Source: Candidatus Latescibacterota bacterium
Lineage (GTDB): Bacteria > Latescibacterota > UBA2968 > UBA8231
Direction of reading: 5' to 3'
Length of the DNA: 64,000 nt
Assembly (NCBI GenBank): GCA_965203175.1
Contig: OZ241867.1
Coordinates: 6,240,001 to 6,304,000 of the forward strand
Shown: positions 1-9,858 of the stretch, in pieces
Layout: every line of letters begins with the position of its first letter
Position numbering within the stretch: the stretch's first letter is position 1
Program-made: the position numbers and the translations under genes
The notes under the pieces: model-generated
What the model was told of the DNA's origin: nothing
Seen by the model: the letters and a program-made list of their open reading frames with translations, nothing else
The model's database searches: none

Positions 1-546
1 TCCGACGGTCTTCTGCCCGTGCAGGATGTGACCCAATGGCGAGAAGACATACGGAGAAAGCTCCTTTACAATCAGGACTTGGTAGCCGACCTGCCAGAAG
101 ATTGTCAAGCCAAGTTGCCCATTATCGAAGATCTTCTGGACAAGATTGATGTCGTGCCGAATCCGAGTCCTCAAGGGCTTCTATGGGGAGATGCAACTAT
201 ACACAATCTTTTGGTTGATGATGATGGCCATATCGTCGGCATTTACGATTTTGAGAACGGAGCGACTGGCGACCTTCTACATGACCAACTGCATGTCGCA
301 GCAGAGTTTACCCGAAAACCCCAAGAAATTTATGGTCGCGATCACTATCCGCAGGAGTTTTGGTCTGGGTATGCGGAGGCAGGTGGAGTGCGGATAGAAC
401 CAGATGAGACGTACCTTAAAGTCAGACAAGCCACCATGGGTGCTGGTTTGTGCTGGTTCTGGGAAGTGCTGGGAGCCTTTCATCCCAAAACGCCGCAATG
501 GCTGGATGACTTGGAAAGTGGATTAAAAAGCCTTGTGGATTCCTGA
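1..546 (+). CDS. Aminoglycoside phosphotransferase (APH)/choline-kinase-like protein, 5' truncated by window edge
   Basis: Frame is open from base 1. Brenner-like motif LWGDATIHNLL and metal-binding GIYDFE. Confidence 0.8.
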   Translation, partial: SDGLLPVQDVTQWREDIRRKLLYNQDLVADLPEDCQAKLPIIEDLLDKIDVVPNPSPQGLLWGDATIHNLLVDDDGHIVGIYDFENGATGDLLHDQLHVAAEFTRKPQEIYGRDHYPQEFWSGYAEAGGVRIEPDETYLKVRQATMGAGLCWFWEVLGAFHPKTPQWLDDLESGLKSLVDS

Positions 547-835
547 GGTTCGGGTGCGCATAAACGTGGAACTCCGTCCCAAACTGACTTCTAAATTTGA
601 GCTTCGGCAAATGACAGAGTCGTTTGTTGATATTGGAAATCTCCGTCTGTGGACAATCGTGTATGGCAGACAGGATATCAGGCCGAGTTGGCCAGTCGAG
701 CAACTTGCTCAACTGTTGCCGAACGCGCGTTTGGAGTTTCTTGAGAATGCCCATCACCAAATTTGGCTTGAGCATGAAGAATTGCTCCAAGGTTTCTTGA
801 GGGAATTTGTAAAGAAATTTGCCCACAGCACATAA
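533..835 (+). pseudogene. C-terminal fragment of an alpha/beta hydrolase
   Basis: IVYGRQDIRP...LPNARLEFLENAHHQIWLE matches the acid/His end of the a/b hydrolase fold. The nucleophile region is absent. The stop TAA lies within an attC-like R'' box (ACATAAC). Confidence 0.55.
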
Positions 836-895
836 CACGTCCGTGCCCAGCTTCGGCGCTGGCGCGCCTTTGCCCAACCGCTACGCGGTTCGGAT
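830..895 (+). mobile_element. Left half of an attC-like site (R'' ACATAAC plus L arm CCGTGCCC)
   Basis: ACATAAC-ACGT-CCGTGCCCAGCTTCG is complementary to 1416-1443. Confidence 0.55.
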
Positions 896-929
896 ACGCC
901 ATCCGGATGAAGATGGAAAGGACGAGAAC

Positions 930-1412
930 GTGGCGAAATCCTGTCCTGAATGCTTAAGTGATGTTCCTGAGAGCGCATTTGTATGTCACGCTTGCGGCCG
1001 AAGGATCGTGGGCAAGGAGTGCCCCGAGTGTTGTGAAGTTTCGAAAGAGACTGCAAAACGGTGCGCCTATTGCGGCCACAACTTTGAGCGCAAGGAGAAG
1101 ATTGCCAAAATTGAACCATTTAGTGCAAAGGCCTCATTGCTGGCCACGCTCTTCCTCCGGATGCGTTTGATCCCACAGGAGATTTTGCTAACTCCAGAGA
1201 AGATCATCATCCAAACGTGGGGATTCTTTTGGCTTAGCAGGTCGGACGAAGACATCCCTTGGGAGAAAATCGCCGGCTATCACTACCACGCAGGATGGTT
1301 CTGGGACAGTCTTGAAATCCAGACACGCGGCCAGACAGCCAATAGAATACGATGCCTTCAGAAACCAGACGGTCTAAGAATCAAGGAAATACTCGAGCAA
1401 ATGAAAGAGTAG
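930..1412 (+). CDS. Double zinc-ribbon protein with C-terminal PH-like (bPH) domain
   Basis: Four CxxC pairs (CPEC, CHAC, CPEC, CAYC), then a bPH-like region (EDIPWEKI...LEIQTRG). GTG start at 930 chosen over the ORF-track start at 819, which runs through the attC half. Confidence 0.7.
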   Translation: MAKSCPECLSDVPESAFVCHACGRRIVGKECPECCEVSKETAKRCAYCGHNFERKEKIAKIEPFSAKASLLATLFLRMRLIPQEILLTPEKIIIQTWGFFWLSRSDEDIPWEKIAGYHYHAGWFWDSLEIQTRGQTANRIRCLQKPDGLRIKEILEQMKE

Positions 1413-1415
1413 AAA

Positions 1416-1443
1416 CGAAGAGGGCACGGCGGGAACGTTATAG
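1416..1443 (+). mobile_element. Right half of an attC-like site (L' GGGCACGG plus R' GTTATAG)
   Basis: CGAAGAGGGCACGGCGGGAACGTTATAG pairs with 830-855. Confidence 0.55.
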
Positions 1444-1478
1444 GAAATTCCAGCCCAAGGAATTTTGCTCTTCAAGGA

Positions 1479-2399
1479 TTGCCGAGGATGGCGACGGATA
1501 AATTGCCCACATGGTTGGAGTTGTTTGCGGACGCTCTCAAACCCGCCCAAGTTGTGGGTATAGATCCTCTTCGCAAATGGTCATTGTCGCAAGTGTTTCG
1601 GCTGACCTTGGATGAAGGTCGCACTCTAATCGCCAAGCGAGGCATTCCCACAAAGGGGCCCACGGAGTTGGAAATATACCAAGAATGCCTGATCCCTCTC
1701 GAAATAGACGCGCCGACCGTTGTTGCAAGCTTCTCAAGTGAAACCGAGTATGCTTTCCTGATGGAGGATTTTCAAGGCGCAGACCTTGAACAACGGCCTT
1801 CCAATTCAGATTTCTTTGATACGGCCCGCCGACTTGCTGAAATTCGGACATCTGCAGAGAAGATCGCAGAATTCAACACTTCAAAGATCGAAAAGCACCT
1901 GCTGACCAAAGAGCAACTTCTTCTCGACCTTGAATATGTACTTGAGCACGCGGGTCGGGAGCATCAGGAGATGATCAGTTCCGTAGCGAGGCAGGCGAGA
2001 TCGGTTGCACAACACCTGGACCGTTTATACGAAGAGACGCCACCCACACTGAACCACAACGACTACCACGCAAAGAACTTACTCAATGTCGGGGGACGTG
2101 TTGTGCCCATCGACTGGGCAAATGCTAGAATCAGCCCACACCTTGGAGATCTTTGCTGCCTCATTGCTGAAGGAAGGGATCAAGGAATTCCCCAGCAAGC
2201 ATTTGTTGATACCTACACATCCACTGGGACTCAGGAGGAAGTCACAGATTGGCACCTTGATGTGGGCTCTCTTTGCTGGCATGTCCACAGTCTACAGTGG
2301 ATTCTTGAATTCGGACTGGACGCCATTCCTTCATCGAAGAATTGGGTGGCAAACTACCTAGCGGACATATCGGCCACCGTCGCTCGACTGGAACCGTAG
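1479..2399 (+). CDS. APH-family phosphotransferase
   Basis: TLNHNDYHAKNLL and IDW motifs. The start may be ATG 1488. Confidence 0.85.
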   Translation: MPRMATDKLPTWLELFADALKPAQVVGIDPLRKWSLSQVFRLTLDEGRTLIAKRGIPTKGPTELEIYQECLIPLEIDAPTVVASFSSETEYAFLMEDFQGADLEQRPSNSDFFDTARRLAEIRTSAEKIAEFNTSKIEKHLLTKEQLLLDLEYVLEHAGREHQEMISSVARQARSVAQHLDRLYEETPPTLNHNDYHAKNLLNVGGRVVPIDWANARISPHLGDLCCLIAEGRDQGIPQQAFVDTYTSTGTQEEVTDWHLDVGSLCWHVHSLQWILEFGLDAIPSSKNWVANYLADISATVARLEP

Positions 2400-2550
2400 G
2401 CTGACTCAGCCTTTGAGGGCTTCACTGCCTTGCAGCATGTCCACGCCCAATTCGCTGCCAGCAACTCCCCTTGGGCCGAGAAGATTGAAGACGTACCTGA
2501 TTTGCTCCAGTTAGGCTGAGACTATTTCTTACCCGCTAAGAAACAGTCTG

Positions 2551-4713
2551 ATGAAGCAGAAACAACATGAGCCTAAGAAAGTGGCGATTTTGGCCTTTGC
2601 CGTGCTGGGTGGGATTGCAGGGTTTTGCAGCCATGGGGCGGCCCAAGAAAATTGGTGGCGGCTCGGAGGAGAGGGCGGCGTTTCCTGGACGGAAGTAGCG
2701 GATTTCGGCCTGATGACGGACGACTCGACCGCCGCCGGGGCGCTCCAGCCTTTCGAACTCAAGCCGGACGAGAACCTCTTGCCTCGGTTGGGACCCTGGC
2801 AGCCCTTCAGGTTCACCTTCGACCCGGTTTACCACCCGGGTCATCCGCGTTTGTGGCTGGGACACGGCAACTTTCTATTGAAGAGCCGCGACGAGAACCT
2901 GGGGAATTATGGCATTTTGTACCAGGCCAACCTCCTCGTCTTCGTCGACGGCAATCCCGCCACCTACGTCGAGCGCAGGGACGAGGTCGCCGACCCGCGC
3001 AGCCGCCCACCATTGGGGTCGTCTTTCTATTACACGATAGATATGGGCGCGCAGGTGCCGGTGGAGCGCTTCGTGTTCTACCCTCCCGAGGGGATAAGCT
3101 CCGACAGCGACCAGCCCTTTCGTCCCAACTATGTCCTCAAATCATTCAGCCTGACAGCCCGCCAGGACGGGGGAGGTATAATGGAAGAGGAGATGAAGCA
3201 GGGCTTCAGATGGCGCGGGGCGGGCTTCTGCTGCCCGCTGGAAAATCAGCTGGCCTACCGCGAAGCCAACCGCGACAGCGTCACCGAGGTCCGCTTCCCG
3301 CTACAGAATTTGCGCTATTTGCGCCTGCTGGAAGTCCCCGACGGACTCACTTTGGACGGTCAGCCGATCGTCGTCCAGTCGGCTTATGCGGAGATGGAGG
3401 TCTACGGCCGGGGTTTTGCGCCTACGGCGACCTGGGAGTCGCAGATAGTGGACCTGGAGCGGGAGGTCAACTTCGGGCGAGTGGTCTTTCAGGTGAGCAA
3501 GTGGCGCAAGGACGGGGAGCAGTTGGTCGCCCTCGGGGACGGTCCGGTTCGCGTCCAAGTGGAGATCAGGACGGGTCGCGACGACACGCCGATGGCCTAC
3601 TTCGGCTTTGACGATCTGGGAGCCCACGTGGAGGTGACCCAGAAACAGTGGGAACGGCTGACTTCCTCCGTGCCGAGGGCGACCTTGATCAGTTCCATAT
3701 CTAGACTGGAGGCGCGCGGCGCCACGGTGCCGACGGTGGGATTCCGCGGTCCGGTAGTCGAGGATCTGAAAAACTGGAGTTCCTGGTCGGTGCCACTTGA
3801 GGAGTCGGGGCAGCACCCGCGCCTGCCGTGGGGGCGCTACTTTCAGCTGCGGGTGCAACTGGAGACGGATGCGTTCTTTGACTTTGCCCGGCTGGATTCG
3901 CTGCAGATCGAGATTGCGCCGCTGTTGGCGGATCGGGTCGTCGGCGAGGTGGTCCTAGAGGAAGATCACCAGCCGCAGGGCGGGCGAGTGCGCGTGCCAA
4001 CGGGCGAGAAAAAGTCCTTTGTATACGATATTGGCGTTGAATTTTCCAGCGCGGATCGCACCGGCTTCGACGTCGTGCGGATCATGACGCCGGCGGAAGC
4101 GGAGTTCGGCTGGCTGGAGATAGGTGAGCCCCTAAGCACCGTGGAACCGGACAGCATCGTGAACGAGGAAAGCGGTTTTGTTGTATTTTTGCCCCGCCGC
4201 CTGAGTCCAGAGGGCGATCAGCGGCTGCGCATTGGGCTGGAAACGGTGCTCTACGACGAGGCCGGCGAGTTCGGAGGGGAGGTCTTCAACCGCGGGGAAC
4301 AGAGCTTGTTGCAGCGGGTCGAAGGCGGTGATGTCAGCGAGGAGCTTGGTTCCAACCAGTTGGTGGTGGTGGCGGCGGCCTCCTCGGCAAGGGGAGTTCT
4401 GGGGGATCTCGAGGTGGGGAGCCACGCTTTTACCCCTCAGGGGGACGGCGTCAACGACCAGTTATCCATCCAGTATACCTTGTTCCGGGTGCAGCAGGCG
4501 TCCGCAGTAAAGGTCGGCATCTATGCCCTGGACGGACGGCGGGTATGGCAGGCGCAGCCAGAGGCTCAGGCCGCGGGGCGCCATACGGCCCGCTGGGACG
4601 GTCGGGATGGGGCCGGACAGCTAGTCGGCCCAGGCATCTATCTGACGCGGGTGGAAGTAGAGACGGATAAGGGCAGTGAGATCCGCCTGCAGCCCGTCGC
4701 TGTAGCATACTGA
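2551..4713 (+). CDS. Secreted protein with discoidin-like region and C-terminal FlgD Ig-like domain
   Basis: Signal peptide, then C-terminal FTPQGDGVND...IYALDGRRV...WDGRDGAGQLVGPGIYL. Visibly more GC-rich than its neighbours. Confidence 0.75.
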   Translation: MKQKQHEPKKVAILAFAVLGGIAGFCSHGAAQENWWRLGGEGGVSWTEVADFGLMTDDSTAAGALQPFELKPDENLLPRLGPWQPFRFTFDPVYHPGHPRLWLGHGNFLLKSRDENLGNYGILYQANLLVFVDGNPATYVERRDEVADPRSRPPLGSSFYYTIDMGAQVPVERFVFYPPEGISSDSDQPFRPNYVLKSFSLTARQDGGGIMEEEMKQGFRWRGAGFCCPLENQLAYREANRDSVTEVRFPLQNLRYLRLLEVPDGLTLDGQPIVVQSAYAEMEVYGRGFAPTATWESQIVDLEREVNFGRVVFQVSKWRKDGEQLVALGDGPVRVQVEIRTGRDDTPMAYFGFDDLGAHVEVTQKQWERLTSSVPRATLISSISRLEARGATVPTVGFRGPVVEDLKNWSSWSVPLEESGQHPRLPWGRYFQLRVQLETDAFFDFARLDSLQIEIAPLLADRVVGEVVLEEDHQPQGGRVRVPTGEKKSFVYDIGVEFSSADRTGFDVVRIMTPAEAEFGWLEIGEPLSTVEPDSIVNEESGFVVFLPRRLSPEGDQRLRIGLETVLYDEAGEFGGEVFNRGEQSLLQRVEGGDVSEELGSNQLVVVAAASSARGVLGDLEVGSHAFTPQGDGVNDQLSIQYTLFRVQQASAVKVGIYALDGRRVWQAQPEAQAAGRHTARWDGRDGAGQLVGPGIYLTRVEVETDKGSEIRLQPVAVAY

Positions 4714-4781
4714 ACGGGGAATATCAGACCAGTCACCCTCCCCTCGCCGACTTTCCTATTCCCGACAAAAACGACTGGGTT

Positions 4782-5612
4782 ATGAAAGCCATGATACTCG
4801 AAAACGATATGATAGCAAATCATCCATTTCCCCTGACAAGGCCCGATGTCACAATACTCGAGAGTTCTGAGAAGATAGACGAAATCGATTGCCCAGAGCT
4901 GCAGTGGTGGTTCGCCATCCCGAGACTGGGCGAACACTGCCTTTGGGCACTCTATGAGTCCGACACGTTGGAGTTAACCGGGGTAGTCGAGATTGTGTCC
5001 ACTGCTCCTGCAACGATCCAAGGCACCGACTGCGTCGAACTCCGATTGAGAGAATGGTCGGCTCGGGACGATTGGCCGATGGATTTTAACCCTGGGCTCA
5101 TGTACGCACTGCTGGACGAACAGCAGGCCAAATGGCTTTCCGTCGTCAAGACACTAGATGGAAGACGGGTTTTCGAAACCGTGGGTGACAAATGGTTTGA
5201 GCACAACTGGGGGGGAAGGATGAGGCGCCGAATCGTTGATGATGGTCGCTACCAACGCCAACCCGATGGCTCGTATAAAACTGCCAATGGTACAGGGCTG
5301 GGTGCAGGCACCTACGATGTAACGATCGGCGATAATACTTTCTGTTGTCTCCGTGTTTTGGACGCCATTCCCGGCCTTTCTACACCGAATGGCGGCGAAC
5401 TTGTGGAAGCTTTCATTGAACGCGGAGGGCGGACCGTTTTCTTTAGACGATACGATGGGAGGTTTTTCCGCGACCGGGACTTGGTCGTCAAGTATCCAGA
5501 CAATCGCCGAATCGTCATCAACGACACGGTGTATGTGCATCACGACTGCACCGGGCGAGCTCACGACACAATCACGCAATTTGCACTGCAACCTGCTTCA
5601 CAGGTTCAGTAA
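4782..5612 (+). CDS. Hypothetical protein resembling the C-terminal extension of some ECF sigma factors
   Basis: 276-aa ORF. GRTVFFRRY...YPDNRRIVINDTVYVH recalls such extensions (from memory). Confidence 0.5.
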   Translation: MKAMILENDMIANHPFPLTRPDVTILESSEKIDEIDCPELQWWFAIPRLGEHCLWALYESDTLELTGVVEIVSTAPATIQGTDCVELRLREWSARDDWPMDFNPGLMYALLDEQQAKWLSVVKTLDGRRVFETVGDKWFEHNWGGRMRRRIVDDGRYQRQPDGSYKTANGTGLGAGTYDVTIGDNTFCCLRVLDAIPGLSTPNGGELVEAFIERGGRTVFFRRYDGRFFRDRDLVVKYPDNRRIVINDTVYVHHDCTGRAHDTITQFALQPASQVQ

Positions 5613-5809
5613 CTGCAAGACGTTGGCCGCAAGCACCCCGTAATGGACACTGCCCATTACGATAGAATTTCACACTACAAAAAACTTGACTGGGTTGCAT
5701 CTATCTCCTTGCTTGGCGTTAAAACGCCAGAAATTCCCGAGGATTCAAAGCTCCCCCGCCGCAGGTGCGGATATGAGTTCGCTGGACATCCAACCCCAAA
5801 GGAGTAGAA

Positions 5810-6823
5810 ATGACAGCAGAAGCAAGACCGGACGAGAGCACCCATGGAAAGGTAATGCATGCGGCTATTCAAAGCGGTGAGCGCGAGGCAATTGCGCGTT
5901 ACCGTAACGCGTTCCCGATTCTCGAGCCCTTCAGCGATGCGGCTATCCAAGAAGGTGCGACGCCACACAACTGTTCCATCGCCCTTGCCCGGGAACGTGG
6001 TTTTGAGGGTCCGTATCATCTTAATCGATGCTTTTCAGAGAACATCTCTGTCGCACCCCGCGAGACGTTTGCAGCGCTTAAAGAAGCGGTAAAGGCGTTG
6101 GATCTCAGCACGGCCGCCGAGATCCTCGATGCGTTTCCCTATCTCGCGAGGGCACGGGTCTACAACAAGGATCTTGGCGTCGAGCGTGGGGCGTCACTTC
6201 TCCATCTGGCGATGCCACGATGGGCAAAGGACGGCGGTGATCAGACGACCGACCAGCACATTGCGATGGCGTCACTCCTGATCGATCGCGGCACCCCAAT
6301 AAACACGATTGGGGATGGCGGCGAGACACCGCTCGGTTACGTCGGCTGGTTGGGCATGAAACGATTCGCCCGGTATCTGTTCGAACGCGGCGCAGACCCC
6401 ACCGTGACTACTGAGTGGGGTTTCGACGCGCTCGGCACCATCGCCGACCACGGTCACGTCGATCTCATGGAGATCTTCGCAGAGGCGGGCGTCTCGTTGA
6501 CGCCCAGGCATCTCGTTCAAGCGCAGATGACCGAACGCCTAGATGCGCTGGAGGACGCGGATCTACATGCGAGATGCGATATCGGCCATTTTGATGGCGA
6601 GCGGGGCACGTTGATGCACGTTGCGGCAAACGAGAACCTCCCGGCGATGATCGAGTACCTGCACAAGCGGGGCGTTTCGCTTGACGACCTGGACAACTTC
6701 GGTCGCTCACCAGCGCAGTTCGCCGTCGAACGAGGCAGGCTCGAAGCCCTACGCGCGTTAGCGGACTGTGGTGCGACGCTCGATGCCGAGGCAACCCAGT
6801 TCCTTGATGATCGACGGTCTTGA
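5810..6823 (+). CDS. Ankyrin repeat protein
   Basis: RBS AAGGAG. Repeats GASLLHLA, GETPLGY...GADP, GTLMHVAA, GRSPAQFA. Confidence 0.85.
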   Translation: MTAEARPDESTHGKVMHAAIQSGEREAIARYRNAFPILEPFSDAAIQEGATPHNCSIALARERGFEGPYHLNRCFSENISVAPRETFAALKEAVKALDLSTAAEILDAFPYLARARVYNKDLGVERGASLLHLAMPRWAKDGGDQTTDQHIAMASLLIDRGTPINTIGDGGETPLGYVGWLGMKRFARYLFERGADPTVTTEWGFDALGTIADHGHVDLMEIFAEAGVSLTPRHLVQAQMTERLDALEDADLHARCDIGHFDGERGTLMHVAANENLPAMIEYLHKRGVSLDDLDNFGRSPAQFAVERGRLEALRALADCGATLDAEATQFLDDRRS

Positions 6824-6906
6824 GTTTGGTACAAGATTGACAATCGAAACTGCTCCCTAACCGGTGTGTCCGGCAACACCCGTGCAGCTTGAGCCGATAT
6901 GTAGTT

Positions 6907-9003
6907 ATGAACGCACTGAAACCAGCTAAGATCCAAGCCGCGCTCGAAGCCGTCGAAGCCGGTGACGCCAAGAGGCTCGAGCCACTTCTGAAAACGAACC
7001 CGGCACTCGTCCATCAGATCCTTGAGCACGACGACCACAGCGTAATGCTCAGGCCGACACTGTTGCACCGGACCAACGCCAAGGCCGATCGGGAGCGACG
7101 GCCCCGCAGAAGGAACAAGGGTGACCTGGACTGCGCCCAACTGCTCATCGACTACGGTGCCGACATCAACAGCCGGGTCCTGGACTCTCCGCCGCCACTG
7201 GAGATGGCAGCGTGGACGCGCCATCACGATCTCTTCGAGCTGCTGCTGGCCAACGGGGCCGACGTAGAATGCTACACCGAACTGCCCCCGATCGAGGCTG
7301 CGGTCGCCACGGCTTACGGCAGGGACATGTTCAAAAGCCTAGTGTCCACTGGCGCGCAGTACGACATCTCTCATACGCTTCGACTCGGACTGCTTCGGGA
7401 GACGCGGACACTCCTCGAGGCCGACCCTAGTCTCGCTAACATCGAGACGGACCACGGTCTCCCGCTCAATCTGGCGGTCAGCAAGCCGGGCAGCTACAAG
7501 CCAAGTCCGGGATTATTCAAGCTGCTGATCCGGTTTGGCGCCGACATCCACGCCGAGGATCGGTTCGGCCTGACGCCGCTGAAGGCAGCCCGCCTGCCCG
7601 GCAACGACAAAATCGTGCTGGCTTTACTCGACATGGGCGTAGAGGACGACATTTACGGCGCCCTCCTGGCGCGCGACGAGGATAGGGCCAGGGCAATCCT
7701 GCGGGCTGATCCCTCACAGGCACACCCGGTCGCCACTTGGCCCGATCGGGGGCCAACGCCCCCCATCGTCTGGGCGGTCTGGTCCGGCTCGACGCGCCTC
7801 GTGGAGATGATTCTCGAGCACGATGTCGTCCTGAACTTGTCGGGGAATCCGCTCGGGATCGCCATCGAATACGGTTACGACGAGATCGTCCGTCTCCTGC
7901 TCGATCACGGCGCTTCGCCCGAATGCGTCGACTGCAGCGGCTGGGCGGGCGTTCGCACCGGCAAGTTCTGGGACCGGGTCCCGGGGGGCGGTCCTGCACC
8001 CGATGACGATCCGCCGGTCTCCGTGCCGCTCTACACGGCGCTACGCAACGGCACGACCGCCGCCGTGGAGATGCTGCTGGAGGCGGGCGCCGATCCGAAC
8101 TCCACGCTGACCATGTGGTCGGGCCTGCAATGGCCGGCGCGCTCCGGCGACCTGGACAGGGTCCGGTTGCTGCTGAAGCGGGGAGGAAATCCGGCGAGCC
8201 ACTGCGCTCGGCGGGCGCTTCGACTCGCCACTCGACTCAGCCAGGGAGCTATGGTGGAGCTGCTCGTCACGCATGGTGTCGACGTCGAGGCGGCGACGGA
8301 CTCGGAACTCGACGAGGAGAAGATCCAGCGGACAGCGAACGAGTCGACGCGTGGCCTCCTGGAGGAGCTCCGCGGGATCCTCGGTCTACCCAAGCGGGAA
8401 CGCGCCCGCATCCTGCGGCTGCGGGCACAGCTCATCAATGCGGTCATCGACGGAGACGCGCGAAGCCTGCGCGACGTGCAACAGCAGGCACCTGAGCTCC
8501 TTGAGCGACCTATGGTCAAGCACGACCTGCTGCGCCACGCCGCCATGGCGGGTCACGGCGACATCGTCGACGTCCTGGTCGAGCACGGGGCGCCCATGAC
8601 GATCCAGACCGCCTCGGCCCTCGGACGCCTCGATCTCGTCGCATCGATGCTCGACTCAGACCCGACACTCGCCAACGACGACCCGCCGGCACTCAAGATC
8701 GCCGCGCAAAAAAACCACCGGGCCGTCGCTGAGCTGCTTCTAGACAGAGGTGCGGACATCGACCGAGTGTCGAGTAACTATCAGCCTACTGCCCTTCATG
8801 TGGCGGTCCGCAGTCGTTCGATCGATGTGCTCAAACTGCTTCTGTCGCGGGGTGCGGACGTGACCATCCGCGAGACGGGCGACCACCACCACACGCCGCT
8901 TGGCGTGAACTGGCCCCTCACGGTACCGGAGGGCGAAGAGATTCGCGATCTTCTGATCGCGCATGGGGCGAAACCCGAGGAGCAGCACTCCTATGACGCT
9001 TGA
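6907..9003 (+). CDS. Large multi-ankyrin repeat protein
   Basis: More than 10 ankyrin-like repeats (LLIDYGADIN, GLTPLKAA, PTALHVAV, LLSRGADV). Start is ATG 6907 or TTG 6889. Confidence 0.9.
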   Translation: MNALKPAKIQAALEAVEAGDAKRLEPLLKTNPALVHQILEHDDHSVMLRPTLLHRTNAKADRERRPRRRNKGDLDCAQLLIDYGADINSRVLDSPPPLEMAAWTRHHDLFELLLANGADVECYTELPPIEAAVATAYGRDMFKSLVSTGAQYDISHTLRLGLLRETRTLLEADPSLANIETDHGLPLNLAVSKPGSYKPSPGLFKLLIRFGADIHAEDRFGLTPLKAARLPGNDKIVLALLDMGVEDDIYGALLARDEDRARAILRADPSQAHPVATWPDRGPTPPIVWAVWSGSTRLVEMILEHDVVLNLSGNPLGIAIEYGYDEIVRLLLDHGASPECVDCSGWAGVRTGKFWDRVPGGGPAPDDDPPVSVPLYTALRNGTTAAVEMLLEAGADPNSTLTMWSGLQWPARSGDLDRVRLLLKRGGNPASHCARRALRLATRLSQGAMVELLVTHGVDVEAATDSELDEEKIQRTANESTRGLLEELRGILGLPKRERARILRLRAQLINAVIDGDARSLRDVQQQAPELLERPMVKHDLLRHAAMAGHGDIVDVLVEHGAPMTIQTASALGRLDLVASMLDSDPTLANDDPPALKIAAQKNHRAVAELLLDRGADIDRVSSNYQPTALHVAVRSRSIDVLKLLLSRGADVTIRETGDHHHTPLGVNWPLTVPEGEEIRDLLIAHGAKPEEQHSYDA

Positions 9004-9012
9004 TGGATGGAT

Positions 9013-9066
9013 CTGTGGCTTCCCCTCCGCTTCGCTCCGGGCTCACAAACCGGCGAACCGTTAGCA
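9013..9066 (+). mobile_element. Truncated attC-like site (centre, L' and R' GTTAGCA)
   Basis: CTCCGCTTCGCTCCGGGCTCACAAACCGGCGAACCGTTAGCAG directly after a stop codon. No adjacent R'' box. Confidence 0.55.
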
Positions 9067-9100
9067 GACATAAATAACGGCTATAAAAGGAACAAAGACG

Positions 9101-9781
9101 ATGAGTACGCCGCCGGACGACCACGGATAGGGCCCTGAAGTTAAGCCTCGCTCAGGACACAGCGGCCGCCCCCGTATCGACAAGATCCTGAAAGAGGCAC
9201 GACGCGGAGATTTAGAGTCCGTTAAACGACACCTGAACCAGGATCCGACGCTGCTGCTGGCCAAGAGTGGCGGGCACAACAGGACGTTTCTGTGGGAAGC
9301 AACACGCGGCAATCGGGTTGAAGTCGTGCAGTTTTTATTACAAGCGGGAGCCGATCCCAATGTCCCGGGGCGGACCCGGTCGGAGATACCGGTGCTCCTA
9401 AAGCCCTACTGTATTGCACGACGCTATCGCCGATTAGAAATTGCCGAGCTGTTAGTAAAAGCAGGTTCCGTACTGGATATCTACTCGGCGTGCTTTCTGG
9501 GTGACACTGACTGCGTGCAACATAGCCTTAAGAGTGAGCCATGCTTGTTGACCAAGGAACAGGAAGACGACTCCGTCTGGCGTGTGACCCCCTTACACTA
9601 CGCCGTGGCGGGAGGCCACGAGCAACTCGCCCGATGGCTGATCAGGGAAGGCGCACTAGTGAAGCCCTATACCCGGCTGTTATGTAATACGGCCGTGCGA
9701 ATGAAACACGCGGACCTGATACCCGTGCTGGTACAGGGGGGTGCGGACCGAGATTTGGTCAAAAGCTGGGGCAAGATTTGA
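9101..9781 (+). pseudogene. Ankyrin repeat protein with an in-frame TAG at codon 10
   Basis: AAGGA RBS and ATG at 9101, TAG at 9128-9130. The same frame continues with ankyrin sequence (ARRGDLESVKRHL...TFLWEATRGNRVEVVQFLLQAGADPN) into the 9326-9781 ORF. Confidence 0.7.
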
Positions 9782-9858
9782 CGCAGTTCCTACCCCAGCA
9801 ATCCATTTACAGTGCATACTGGACAGCTTGTAGAACTCTCCTCATGGGAAGAGTCGCC

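Noticed and set aside
2396-2520. Complete attC between the APH and FlgD genes
   Set aside because: GTTAGGCTGAG has only a partial partner (CTCAGCCT, no AAC) and the inner arms do not pair. At most a remnant.
2625-3611. 328-aa alternative-frame ORF and the many other overlapping or antisense ORFs
   Set aside because: Arg/Gly/Pro-rich shadow frames of GC-rich genes with no motifs.
9128-9130. Genome-wide TAG recoding
   Set aside because: TAG terminates many conserved genes here (recA, radA, rho, mpl) and RF1 is present.
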